Shown piece after piece: positions 40,558-53,272 of a stretch of DNA of 64,000 nt (its first letter is position 1; each line of letters begins with the position of its first letter). Location of the stretch: contig NC_086386.1 of NCBI RefSeq assembly GCF_036588685.1, positions 64,914,001-64,978,000 on the forward strand. Reading direction: 5' to 3'. Source of the stretch: Mytilus trossulus. Lineage: Eukaryota. The notes beneath the pieces were generated by a model. It worked only from the letters and a program-made list of their open reading frames with translations, was not told where the DNA came from and ran no database searches. The position numbers and the translations under genes were made by a program.

Positions 40558-43500
40558 TATGATGAGAGTTCTCACTATCTTTTTTGATTTGCATAGATAT
40601 TTATTTGAATGCTCTTTGGATTGTTGTGAATGATGAGTAGATATATAACAATGTGTATTTTGACAAGTTGTAGATAAGTTGGTCAGATGTGTAAATAAAC
40701 ATTAAGGTCATGAAGGTCATGGTTACTGCAACATAAAAATCTTAAAAACTTTACCTACATAATATACTTTATAAATAATTAACAGGAGTATCCTGTTGTG
40801 GACAATTCTTTATATATATACAGATAAATACAGTTTAATGTAAAGTTCAAGGTTGAAAAGTCATTGTTTCTGCATTTATCATGTTTATGTATTGCTGTTT
40901 ATATGTCAGATAGGATTTAAAATTAAATCCCTTCTGAGGTGTAAGAAAATCTTCCCTTTCTTGCCCTGTCCTTTTTTACCAGTTTCATGAAAAAAATATC
41001 CAGGTCAGGATTGACATTAATTTAAATTGTATCATTCATTTTTCCTAACCTTTTTGCCCCTATCAAGTTATATGAATTTAGAATAGTTAACATGGCTACT
41101 ATGAATATTCATAATCCATTCTTTAAAAAAAGTTCTGCTATTGATACAATTCTAAACCATTTGTCAAAGACTCCTTAATTTTTTTTAGGAAAACTTCCAT
41201 CACAAGTCCAAAATCTAATTATATTTCAGTTTGATAAGAACATGACCAACCAACTTTCAAATCAAAGTGCATACAGGTCGTTAAATATGGAAAGTGAGAT
41301 GTGTTAACAAGTTATGTGCATTAGAATGAACACATTAAAACCTACTCTTGGGAATCATTGACAACAACTCTACATTTAATCTGTCACTACTCTATTTATT
41401 ACAGCATGTTATGACCTAATGCATTTCTACACTTTTTAAACATCAGAATATGTTCTTTTGAAGATAATGAACCTTTGATAGAACAATACACAAGAAATCA
41501 ATTGTTTAAACACAATCTCATAAATCACATTCATAATCATATCAAAGAGGGTAGTCTCTTGTAAACAAAAGGAATCGGAAACCTGCAAAAATATTGATTT
41601 AGTAACTTGTATCTTATTTCCTGACTAAAAAGCATCTAGCAGAATTATGGGTAGAAAAATCTGTCCAAATAAGTTTTGCCATGCAATTTCTAATTAAAAA
41701 ATTGATCCTCAAAAAATTGTTTGTTGGCAAATAGCCTGGTTTTTGTGGAACCTCTTAATATGTAGGAATTTGAACAACATGGGATAGTCAAGAACTGGAA
41801 ACCTGTCACTGTCAGAAAGCAAATGTATACTTTATGCTGATTTAAATTCATTTGATTATAAGAGAGGAACCAACACATGATGTTCAGAAGAACAATCTGT
41901 TAGTTATACTACTACTAGAGTGTGTTTAATGACCTTTACTTTTCATGACGATCTCGCATTGTTTACTCAGTAATACTTATTTTATGAATGGAACAAAGTA
42001 AGCAGTAAGCAATTGCACCCAATATAAATCATCTGGGGGGGGATCCTGATTGCTTTTTATGAAAACATGACACCAAGAATGAGCTCAATTTAACCTCATA
42101 AATGTTTTTAATAAAGTATTTTAAGTTATCTTTCCAAATATTTTAAGGTACAATATAATAGGTTAAGGTTTTGTTATTGTACATGAAAAAAATAGATTTC
42201 ATAATTTTGAAAGCCAAAACAAAAACAGGGTACCTAATGTCCTATTTAAAGTTATCCTATTGTAAGGCCTTATTTTGTTGTACATGTGTGGTTAAAACTG
42301 TCAGTATTTTTATTTAGTTCTTGGTTTGTTAGTGCTTTACATCAATTTTAACAAGCCTTATCATAATGAGAGTAATTGAAACATGCATTATAAAATTGAA
42401 TGAAAAGATAAAACTGAAATTAACTTTCCAGATGATCAACACTATTTTGGTTTCTAAGATAAAATTGTAAATAGAAACAGTGCAGTAGCATCTGATGTAA
42501 ACATTTACATTGATAAAGGAGAGATTATTAATCACACCTTTGTGCTTGGAAAATTCATTGATTTTTTTATGTTTTGGATTCCTAATAATGTTTCTTTGAG
42601 TATTTTCAATCATTTATTTTGACTTTGGTATAAAAAATCTTTTCAAAGTTATGATAATATTTGTATTTTAAGTCAGTCATTGTGCTACATTTATCTATTG
42701 AGTGTTGACACCTTCCGTTAGAGGCAATAGACATGTTGTTATTTATTACCTTTTCATTGTTCAAGTGGTCCTTATGATTACATAAATATTTTACTTCTTT
42801 GTGATGTTTTGTTTTCCCTTAGAAGATTTTTTTTTTTGTTAATTAACTTGCCCAACCAACCTTTTCTCTGGTATGTGACAAACTAAATTTTCAAGCTTGT
42901 TATAGACTGAGAGGACCCATAGGTTGGCATTATATGCCATTAAATAATGCTGATGACAGTATTTTGAATTTAGGTTTATTGTTTTGTTGGGTTGATGTCG
43001 CATGAATATTAAATCTGTCATCTCTCCTTACTTCTTATGTAGAAATTCTGAAAGGAAATAAAACTTGCATTATCATTTCATGTAAAAAAAAAAAAAAGAA
43101 GATTAAGTTGTTTTTATTTTTGAGGATTCCCATGGCCAGTAGTCCTAATGTATTTTTAATGACGGTTTAAGTGTGCAGATGCTTTGATGATGGTTTGGTT
43201 TAAACTGGTTTATAAAATCTACATAAAACACAGAACATGGGAAAGCTGCCACATAACTCGTACTTTGAACAATGTAACAATGTAACAATATGTAAAGGGA
43301 GAGTTTCACAGTTAAACATGTTATACTAGAAAAATGTAGATGCATTTGACCTATATTGTTATAATAACTCTTATGTTGAGTATTAAAATTAGTTAGGCTG
43401 GATAAGGAGTTGATCGTTCAAAGCAGCCCATGAGTAAACCTTCCTATAGATCCTTAAAATCAAAGACACTGAATTAGGAGTTGGTAGTTAGATTTCTTTT

Positions 43501-44536
43501 CTTTTTTCTATTTTTCATTTTACACCATTATCATGATTGATTAGGTTTAGTCATTAACATATTTTTCTAGCCAATGTTTTTATTATCATTTGGTAAATGG
43601 ACTTTTCCTTACCTGTATGTTACAGTAGTCATGTTTATATTTTGTTTGTTGATTTGTAAGTCATCAGTATGTTTAGGTCACTAAGCCAGTAAATACAATA
43701 ATTTTATGTATACTTTCTGTATAATTTGTCTGTCTTCCCATTAACTATGACTTGTCATTAATTAAATTAATCAATTTAAAGCACTTCAGTGAATTTAAAT
43801 GTAAAACATATGTATTGCTTGCATGGAAATTCGTGGAATCTGTTATTTTTTAACATCTCTGTAATTGTTGTAAATTTGTGTTGGTTAATTGTTTGATATC
43901 CTAGTTATGTCATTATAAACCAAAGATATAGTGTTACAAATGAATCAATTCTGTCCTCTTGTGAACTTTGTTGATAAAAAACGCTAGAAAATAGCTTGAC
44001 CTAAAGCACATATTTTAAAATTGTGCTCCTGCAATTTATACATTTATACGTTTGATTTTATTGATATTGAGGTATATCATACCAAGATATGGACTTGGCT
44101 GTATTAATTTTTTATTCGTAAATACTTAAAAACTGACAGAATTCCACAAAACATCTAAGAAATGAAGTTGTGCACCTGCAATGTTTCTGTCTGATCTTGG
44201 TGTTTTAGGGCTTTTCATATCAAACATGGACTCTTTCTGTTCACATCTTTTAGAGACAGTAGGAAACATGAATCCTCTTATGAAAACTCAAACACTCTTC
44301 AATATGATCTTAAGCATAAATGTATAAATATCAAAAAACTTTATTTATAATTATAAGACTGAATGGCTTAAACAAAGTCACCCAGCTAGACGGTATTTGG
44401 AGATAAAAGAAATTTACATACAATAATACAGCATAAATATGTTTCAATGTTTGATGCATGCCAAAACATGAACCAATTAATAAAATCATGGAAAGTTATT
44501 TCTGAGATTTAACAGAATCTTTGTACTGTTTTGCAG

Positions 44537-44664
44537 GTGGAAGACCTTAATGGCCAGGCTAACAGTGATGCTCACCCGTCCTCTGTAGAAACCATCTTCA
44601 ATCGAGAAGGAGACGGTGATCATGAAACTTTCAGTCGTAAACCAGTCAGGAAACCAGATGAACC
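44537..44664 (+). CDS. AFF4: AFF exon VEDLNGQANSDAH...KPVRKPDE, phase 0/2
   Basis: Acceptor ttttgcag, donor gtaaga; open frame, phase-consistent. Confidence 0.87.
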
Positions 44665-45155
44665 GTAAGATATTGGTTAACGTCATTTACTGGTTCCAAG
44701 AACTGTGGTTCATTTCAATGAGACAGCGCCAAAAATCCCAAGTTAACAAAATAAATCTATATAAGTCACATTGTGGTCATTAAATGTTTAGGTGATTTCA
44801 GCAGACAACCAAAGGAATTGAAAAAGAAACAGACAATCAGACAATAAATGCAGCTAATGAGATGGCACTGCATTTAAAATGGATATTTGAAGTACCAAAC
44901 TCATTATTGTCTACTTTATTTGTTTTCTCTTCATGATATTTTAGATAAATAATTAAAATTGGTTGATTGATATTTGCCTACACTGCCTCAGCAAAAAGCT
45001 ATATTGTAACAATAACTTTAGATAGATAAAAGCATACAATAAGTAACCTGGAAAACACTTTCTGTTGGTAATGTTATGTGTAGATGCTTTTAGCACATGC
45101 TTAAAGCTTAGTTTTAAGAATTTGGAATAAATAACTGATGACCGATTTATTACAG

Positions 45156-45249
45156 TTTGGAATCAAGTGATATTCACCGATCTCGTGCCAGAGATCTGAA
45201 GCATCAGGCAGATGAACTTGCCAAACGACTGAAGCATCATCCAGACTTT
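45156..45249 (+). CDS. AFF4: AFF exon LESSDIHRSRARDLKHQADELAKRLKHHPDF, start of the C-terminal homology domain, phase 2/0
   Basis: Acceptor ttattacag, donor gtaagt. Resembles SADHYLQEAKKLKHNAD. Confidence 0.9.
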
Positions 45250-46888
45250 GTAAGTTACAGTAATGTTCACAGATATATTTAGATGAAGACCCTAAAAAAA
45301 AACACAAATATATATTATGTAATAGTTTTGGACAGTGCACATAGTGCAGTGCCAGAAATTTTCCAGGAAGTCCTGCATGACAGGCTTGTTTCCGCAGTGG
45401 ATTTATCAATTAGAAAAGTACAGAAATATAACAACTAGATATCATCAATCTAAAAGTAGGATTAGGAAAACTAGATCTGTCGTCTTTTATTTATCCTTGT
45501 CCTTAAGTGATGAAGGAAATTAAACATTAATTAAATAAATACTTTGCTTGTATACTAGTACAACCGAGCCTGTTATTTGGTGGTTGAAATTTTTTTCCTC
45601 GTGTCTGAATTTTGGAAATGGACTCATCTAAGCTGCAAAAAACACCTCAAATTCTGTAAAAGTGCATATTGTCTTTCTTCAGCCAGTTTGATCTTAATTC
45701 TCTAAACAGCTATTAAAAGAATTGATTGTTATTGAAATACATCTACATAAGAATAACAAGAGCTAGAATAACCAGTCCGAGATGTTGTAATTGAATGTCA
45801 AATGGTTGAAGCAAAAGTATTTAATAGTTAACAATTCATTTTGATGACAATGAAGATGATTTTGAACTTTAATATATAAACTTATCTGAAGTTATCATTA
45901 AATTTAGATTTGTTTGATTATCTGACACAGTACTGTCCTGTCAATGTCAACAATAATGACAGTTGTTTCTTATCAATTCTTCTAAGTCTGATGATTGAGT
46001 GCATTTCTTTGCAACATTTGTTTAATAAATGGCGGACATGTTTTTTGCTCATAAATCATGTGGTAGTGCAGAATAGGTGTTGATTAGAACGTAAATGCCA
46101 TTTACATAACTGAGATGTGAGAAATCATAATTACCATACTTATACAGACAGTCTGTGATGAAGGCTTATAAATAACTTTTAAATAAAAGTGTTATTATTT
46201 ATCAGTAAAAACTACAGGTTTTTGGTAATCAAACCATACAAAACCAAAGAATGGGGGAGGGTTGAGATATTAAAAGTACTTTGAATTCAGAAATTATTGT
46301 TTGCATTTATTATAGTGATTTGGGAATTTTTGACAAAAATAGTTGATAAGTTATTGCGATTTTCAAGAGAGAGAAAAATATCCACCAAGATATATGTATC
46401 AGATATAAGAAAACAAGTTCTTATTATTGCAATATTCACTAAGTTGCATTATTCAATTAATTTAGACCTGGCAATAATTTGTGAACTAACACTAACTAGT
46501 TTCTTAACTTATACTAACTAGTTAAACCAGGCTTTATGTACCCTTGTGATTGGTTGACACTTTAAGTTTTATCTCAAATTAATTTTGTTTATCATTGTTG
46601 TGTTGATCTGTTAAAGTCTGTTACCCTCTAGATGTCTTTTAGTTATTTAGGTCATTGGGTCACTATATGATGTAGAACTAGTTGATAGTTGATATTGAAT
46701 TTATTGACAACATTTCTTCTCTGGGCCATTTTGAACTTGGCATATTGTAGACATACATCTATTATTGAAGACAATAAAAATCATATAGATTCAGCTTATG
46801 CCAGCCAGTTATTACATTTTCCATCCATTTTAAATAATGAAATATGTTTTGCTTCTAGGTATTTAAATAATTGTGATTTTTGTTTCAG

Positions 46889-47025
46889 ACTGACAGAATT
46901 GCTATGTATTTATTGTATACCGAGTCTATGTCGTCCTTTGTATTGTGTGGGTATGCCATGGAAAAAGAGGAACGCAAGGCCACCGATGTTTATAAAATGT
47001 ACTCTGACACATTTAACTTAATATC
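46889..47025 (+). CDS. AFF4: AFF C-terminal domain exon TDRIAMYLLYTESMSSFVLCGYAME...MYSDTFNLI, phase 0/2
   Basis: Acceptor tgtttcag, donor gtaagt. Resembles [34 protein letters not shown]. Confidence 0.93.
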
Positions 47026-47083
47026 GTAAGTATCTACAAACAATCAACAGTTACAATTTATATGGTAATATGTATTAGAAATG

Positions 47084-48432
47084 TTATAGAAAGCATTGCC
47101 ATCACCTACTTACTGTAACAAGGCTTTAAACAGGTGTTGTACACAAGTAGGTATCCAAACATTCCCTTTATAGAAAGCATTGCCTTCACCTACTTACTGT
47201 AACAAGGCTTTAAACAGGTGTTGTACACAAGTAGGTATCCAAACATTCCCTTTATAGAAAGCATTGCCATCACCTACTTACTGTAACAAGGCTTTAAACA
47301 GGTGTTGTACACAAGTAGGTATCCAAACATTCCCTTTATAGAAAGCATTGCCATCACCTACTTACTGTAACAAGGCTTTAAACAGGTGTTGTACACAAGT
47401 AGGTATCCAAACATTCCCTTTATAGAAAGCATTGCCATCACCTACTTACTGTAACAAGGCTTTAAACAGGTGTTGTACACAAGTAGGTATCCAAACATTC
47501 CCTTTATAGAAAGCATTGCCATCACCTACTTACTGTAACAAGGCTTTAAACATGTGTTGTACACAAGTAGGTATCCAAACATTCCCTTTATAGAAAGCAT
47601 TGCCTTCACCTACTTACTGTAACAAGGCTTTAAACAGGTGTTGTACACAAGTAGGTATATAAACATTCCCTTTATAGAAAGCATTGCCATCACCTACTTA
47701 CTGTAACAAGGCTTTAAACAGGTGTTGTACACAAGTAGGTATATAAACATTCCCTTTATAGAAAGCATTGCCATCACCTACTTACTGTAACAAGGCTTTA
47801 AACAGGTGTTGTACACAAGTAGGTATCCAAACATTCCCTTTATAGAAAGCATTGCCTTCACCTACTTACTGTAACAAGGCTTTAAACAGGTGTTGTACAC
47901 AAGTAGGTATCCAAACATTCCCTTTATAGAAAGCATTGCCATCACCTACTTACTGTAACAAGGCTTTAAACAGGTGTTGTACACAAGTAGGTATCCAAAC
48001 ATTCCCTTTATAGAAAGCATTGCCATCACCTACTTACTGTAACAAGGCTTTAAACAGGTGTTGTACACAAGTAGGTATCCAAACATTCCCTTTATAGAAA
48101 GCATTGCCATCACCTACTTACTGTAACAAGGCTTTAAACAGGTGTTGTACACAAGTAGGTATCCAAACATTCCTTTTATAGAAAGCATTGCCATCACCTA
48201 CTTACTGTAACAAGGCTTTAAACAGGTGTTGTACACAAGTAGGTATCCAAACATTCCCTTTATAGAAAGCATTGCCATCACCTACTTACTGTAACAAGGC
48301 TTTAAACAGGTGTTGTACACAAGTAGGTATCCAAACATTCCCTTTATAGAAAGCATTGCCATCACCTACTTACTGTAACAAGGCTTTAAACATGTGTTGT
48401 ACACAAGTAGGTATCCAAACATTCCCTTTATA
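47084..48432. repeat. 84-bp tandem repeat, 16 nearly identical copies
   Basis: Unit ttatagaaagcattgccatcacctacttactgtaacaaggctttaaacaggtgttgtacacaagtaggtatccaaacattccct. Confidence 0.97.
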
Positions 48433-49154
48433 TGTCTAGACGATTTTCTTTAAAAAAAAGAATTCACTGAAAATAGCAAACATTAATTTAAACTCTCATT
48501 CCATATCCTTTAGATGTCCAAAACCTAGCCAGAGATATTTTATTGGTTATTACAAAGTTGGTTATGTGTTAGAAAAAATCCTTTGATCTGAAAGAGTGCA
48601 ATTTTGTAGTAACTTGGCAATTTGAAGCAGTGTAGGATGAAAAGTTATTTATAAAATAGTTTCCTTTAATTTATTTCCCTGACTTGATAATTTTTATGAA
48701 CTAATATTTGACTATATTGATTCAGCTCCACTGTTTTAGAAGATTAAGTAACATTAAATTAACATTAGTTTTACGTCTTTTTTGTGGTTTTGGAGAAAGC
48801 CATTTATTTTCTGTACAGATCACAACATAAAAGGATGTTGTGATATAGGCTCTGTAAGTGTAATGAAAATCCCCCCAAACAAATTACTTTTAAATCTAAT
48901 AAATTGATACAATTTCTTATTGCAATCCTCACCAAGAGAATAATTATGTATTTTACTGATGAGCATATCTAGTACATTTTACCATCATTGATATAATTCA
49001 GATTATGAACAGTGATTTTCTCTTGAATGTACTTTACAAATACACTTGGGAAGGACAGTTTTAATAACCTTGAATTTGTCTAAATGGACTATTTCAGATA
49101 TTAAACTGTCACTGCAAATTATTTTGCACATTATACTATAACCAGAATGTTCTT

Positions 49155-49380
49155 AAGCAGTCTAAGTAGTTACTACTGAAATCTCTATCCAGTCAACACT
49201 GAGGTTGTGAGTTTGATCCCCACTCGTGTGGGTGCACTCAACTCCAATCTTAATTGACCAGGATTGTCATTTTTCCTGTAGAAGGTCATGGTTTTCTCCT
49301 GGCACTCCGGCTTCCTCCATCGATAAAAATTGGCGGTGCTTAAAAGTTGTGTTCAAACACAAAAATCATTCAAATCAATT
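49155..49380 (+). mobile_element. tRNA-derived SINE (a decayed copy lies at ~34975-35170)
   Basis: B-box-like gagtttgatcc, V-SINE-like core ggttttctcctggcactccggcttcctcc, and a (AATC)-like tail. Shares aacactgaggtt and actccaatcttaatt with 35021-35070. Confidence 0.65.
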
Positions 49381-50318
49381 TGGTTGGGAGGTTTACATGC
49401 AAAGAAGACTTTACAAATTAGGATTTTTAAGTCTAAAAGAATTCACATGATATTGTCAAACTCTTTTACAAAATACATAAACATTTGTATTGATAAACAT
49501 TGAAGAATTGTAGAATTATTAACTGTTAAAATTGTTACCAGGATTAACATGTGTTCATTTGACATTTTTGTAATTTATCAATCTTCAGACTTTGCAGTAA
49601 GGAGATTTTATCCTACAGGAGGTATTAAAAACTCATTACTTCAATGGAATACAGTATTGCCATTAATTATGTATTCACTAAACTCAAATGTATAGTTTGT
49701 TGACTTTTACATAGTCATGATTTTCTTCAATAAAGTGTTTAGGATTACATTACTTCTCTGATTAATGACAACAATACAACTGCCTTATAAGGGATACATA
49801 CATATTTATTAAAGCAGGTTAATGCAAGATTTATACTTGTTGTACTTATGGTATTGTATTCATAATTTGTTTTTCATAATTCAATGTAGTGTTTTGAAAT
49901 TTAGACTGTATTTAATTAGCTACATATGTGGGAATCTTTTGTATAAATTTCCCATTATAAACAATTGTCATAATATACAATAATAAATACAAACTGAATA
50001 TAAATGTTCAATATTTCCTATTGAACAAAGATGGGCACACAATGTTTTACTTATATTTTATGTTGCTTCATACTGTGGATTCATCATCATTATTGTCTGT
50101 GGATTTCCTGGATATAAGTTAACAGCAAGATGTTCATAAAATAGAAATTTACTAGAGATTCTGGCAAAACCTTGAAATCAAAATATCCACTAAAGTTTTC
50201 CTCAATCCATGGAAATTGGTAATTATGGAAATAAATGAATGCTGAGTATCTGTAGATCTTTCCATAAATATATGTGCTTTTTTATGAATAATTGATAATC
50301 TGTTTCATTTGTTTGTAG

Positions 50319-50384
50319 TCATATCTGTAAAATAAGGCCCAGTGCTGAAACTTCAGAAACAGAGAAAAAACTAGCAGTATTAAT
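50319..50384 (+). CDS. AFF4: AFF C-terminal domain exon HICKIRPSAETSETEKKLAVL, phase 2/2
   Basis: Acceptor gtttgtag, donor gtaagt. Resembles ADKRLTVL. Confidence 0.9.
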
Positions 50385-50931
50385 GTAAGTGTTATTATTT
50401 GGGATTTTAAAAAAATGGTGGAGTGGGGACTGATATACCATACTGGTTTCGGTGCTCTGTCACATGTTTCTAGAATTTTTTTTCATCAAGTATGTTTGAG
50501 ACCAAATGCCAGATAAGACTTTGATTAAAATGTAGAAGAGCTAAAAAGGTCTGAAATAGATAGCTTTTAACATTGCTAGAGGAGTTGCAACCTTTGTTTT
50601 TATGAATTTGATAAGAACCTACGGCTGACTACTGGAGATCAAATCAATTAGCAATTGCAGATTTATTAAAAAAAAAAACATTTATGAAAAGTATGTTATT
50701 GACCAATGATGTAAGTGTTGAACCTATTAGGTTTATAGTATTTAGTCAGATGATAATGGATAATTGTAAATAGTGTTAATATTTGAACTTGTGTGTCGTT
50801 ATTTTGTTTTGAGTAAAACACCAATAGTTAGGATTAAAATTGTACAATTTGATTTTGAATGTGAGAATGTCACTGATATACTGAATTATTCTGAATGTAG
50901 AACCAAAGATATATTGTTTCTCTTTTATCAG

Positions 50932-51025
50932 ATATAGAATCCAGTCAATACTATGTTTTAAGTTGTACAAAATGAAAAAAAACGAAGCTTTGAAGTTCAA
51001 GAAAATCATTGATGAACATAACAAG
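50932..51025 (+). CDS. AFF4: AFF C-terminal domain exon YRIQSILCFKLYKMKKNEALKFKKIIDEHNK, phase 2/0
   Basis: Acceptor ttttatcag, donor gtaaat. Resembles [31 protein letters not shown]. Confidence 0.92.
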
Positions 51026-51531
51026 GTAAATAAGCTCATAATAAGGTGTTTAATAATGTGTGGACCAGGGGAAATAACTCCAGTCTCAATGTGAATGTTT
51101 TCTTTCTTGTTTAAGATCTCTCAATATACAGCTTTAATGGAACATTAAAACAACCCAACAACACAAATGATATTTTTTTTTAATTCTTCTTGATAATGCA
51201 AACCAGAAAGAAAGAAAAAAAATTATTACATACATTCTATCTTTAACTTGAATGGACAAATGTATTCTAAAATGGCCTGTAAACGTTGCAGAAAGTTTAT
51301 TGCACTTTTAAAACAAAACAGATGATATTATGATAAACTTACTTGAATGAAAATGTAGCACAACAAACTGATGAAATAACATATCTGATTAAAACAAGAT
51401 ATATCTAGAGTAAAATACTTGGAATTGGTTTCATTCAGTTGTATGTTACTAAAAATTCTTTTTTAGGTATATACATTTCATTGTCTTTAAATTTTCAATC
51501 TTTTTTTTTTAATGATAATTTTGTTTTTCAG

Positions 51532-51651
51532 ACTTCATCATCAAAACAACCAGCTCATGCGCCGTCCCCCCATTGGAACAACCGATCGACGCCATCTCCC
51601 ATGTCGCCTTCTCCTTCCCCTGCTGGCAGTGATGGGTCTATAAGATCACAG
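51532..51651 (+). CDS. AFF4: AFF C-terminal domain exon TSSSKQPAHAPSPHW...PSPMSPSPSPAGSDGSIRSQ, phase 0/0
   Basis: Acceptor tttttcag, donor gtaata. APSP..PSPxSPxxSP motif of AFF proteins. Confidence 0.92.
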
Positions 51652-52319
51652 GTAATACATCTTCTTCTTCAAGCTTTTATTTAAACCTTGGGGGACTCAA
51701 GACATCATCTTTCCTATCATTTGTTCTCTTTACAAAATAGGATTATTACATTTTAATTGATTATAAAAAAAAATATAAGGAAGTATCATCTTCTTTCAGA
51801 ATTTAGGACAGCATTAAATGTTTCCTTGTAACTTCTGTATATAGAGGACAATAATCTTGACATCTAAATTTATAAACATCAATAATCGTTTAAAGAGACT
51901 GTAGGTAAAACCTTTATTCAAATATATCAGTTCATGAAAAGGATCATTAGACTAAAAGTATATTAACATCAGAATCATTAATGAAATCAGTGAAATTTAA
52001 ACATGAAGTAAAGAAACAGAAATCATTAAAATAGGACAGGGATATGTACCAGGAGTAAAAATAGAAAAAATAAAACGCAATACAGAACAACAAGATTATA
52101 GATATCTTTTATGTTGTAAATTTGATATTGATTTTATATTTGATATTATTTTTGTAGTTGTGTGACTGCTGCAAGGCTGACATCTGTGTAATGTTTGTTA
52201 TGCAATAAATATTATTTCAATAACCTCTAATGTAATAAAAATTGGGCAGGGACTCATCTTCAACATCAATCAGAAAATCTAATTCAGCCTTACTATATTA
52301 TGTAATGTTTATTTTACAG

Positions 52320-52512
52320 GATAGTGGTTATACGCCTTCCAAACTTCCAAATGGGAACATTTCCACCCAACCAACCATGTCATCACCAGGAACGGTGGCA
52401 GTTCCTCAGCGGATACATTCCATTACTCAACAGTATCATAGTATAGTTAATTATGTCGTCCAGTGCCATGAATTCTGGGATCAAGCAGAATCTGTATATA
52501 GTGATCATAAAG
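52320..52512 (+). CDS. AFF4: AFF C-terminal domain exon DSGYTPSK...VAVPQRIHSITQQY...EFWDQAESVYSDHK, phase 0/1
   Basis: Acceptor ttttacag, donor gtaaga. Resembles VTIPQKIHQMAASY..EIWDQAE. Confidence 0.93.
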
Positions 52513-53162
52513 GTAAGAAAATAATGCAATACAAATTATCATACATTATTTATTGTTGGTTGCTTTAGAAATTTGCCTTATATTTTTGTTTCAATGTTCC
52601 TTTAATTAGTCTCTATCTTTCTAAGGACATTTGAACAATTTTTAACCAGCAATCATATTTAAGAAAAAAAAACTTGCATAAGAAATGAAAATGAAATTAT
52701 TATAATAGATATGAGATATGGTATGAGTGCCAATGAGACATTGTAAATGTGAAATGTTTATATTATATTATATACATATATATATATACAACTCGTCTTA
52801 ACATCAACCCAACAATGTTAGATCTGTAAATTTGCTTTCGCAATATATATATATATATATTCAAACAGAAATCCTGACCTTACTTTATATTATAAGCTGT
52901 TGTAATATAAAAAAAAAATATAAGCAAACATCATGATGAACAAGTGCAGAAATTATTTTACAAGGATTTTTTTCAAGCAAGATACCCCATATAGCATTCA
53001 CACATGCTTTTCAATTTGGCTTTTCAAAGTGTTACAAATATTGTTTTTACTGATACTTTATTTTTCACTAGTTGTGAATTTTATTGTTTTACTGATATTT
53101 TATTTTACTTCAGTTTCCAAATTTTAATTTGTTACTGACAAGTTATATTTCTCTAGTTGTAG

Positions 53163-53272
53163 AATTTTATGGTGATATTGACGATCAGTGTGGATCTCTG
53201 ACTTTACATTCTTCTGTGCCAGATCTGGTATATTATGTACAAATTGGTCTTCAAAAGATCAGAGAGACGTGA
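53163..53272 (+). CDS. AFF4: AFF last coding exon EFYGDIDDQCGSLTLHSSVPDLVYYVQIGLQKIRET*
   Basis: Acceptor ttgtag (an in-frame alternative ctctag lies 6 nt upstream), TGA at 53270-53272. Resembles EFFAELDKVMGPL..DLVRYTRQGL. Confidence 0.92.

Larger units (their letters stand above)
2249..53272 (+). other. AFF4: AF4/FMR2 family gene (AFF4/lilliputian-like), 5'-incomplete gene span with 16 coding exons in the window
   Basis: Manually spliced exons give a continuous 954-aa ORF. It has AFF hallmarks in the right order: EMTHxxxPLTAIxTP..FPFP, DLxVSDDSED, Ser-rich tract, WKLENFL, IVVRLNF (AF9/ENL-binding-like) and the C-terminal homology domain (LKHQAD..., EFWDQAE, DLVYYVQIGL). The paralog name is nominal, since invertebrates usually have one AFF gene. 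Confidence 0.93.

Noticed and set aside
44792-44821. ag|GTGATTTCAGCAGAC (VISADN), resembling the AFF 'SAD' motif
   Set aside because: Wrong phase with an immediate stop; the true exon is 45156-45249.
46689-47021. 110-aa ORF with a signal-peptide-like start
   Set aside because: Non-ATG start; it overlaps the real AFF exon in the wrong frame.
47084-48432. CRISPR-like regular arrays (also 62451-64000)
   Set aside because: No unique spacers, no cas genes and a eukaryotic context; these are plain tandem repeats.
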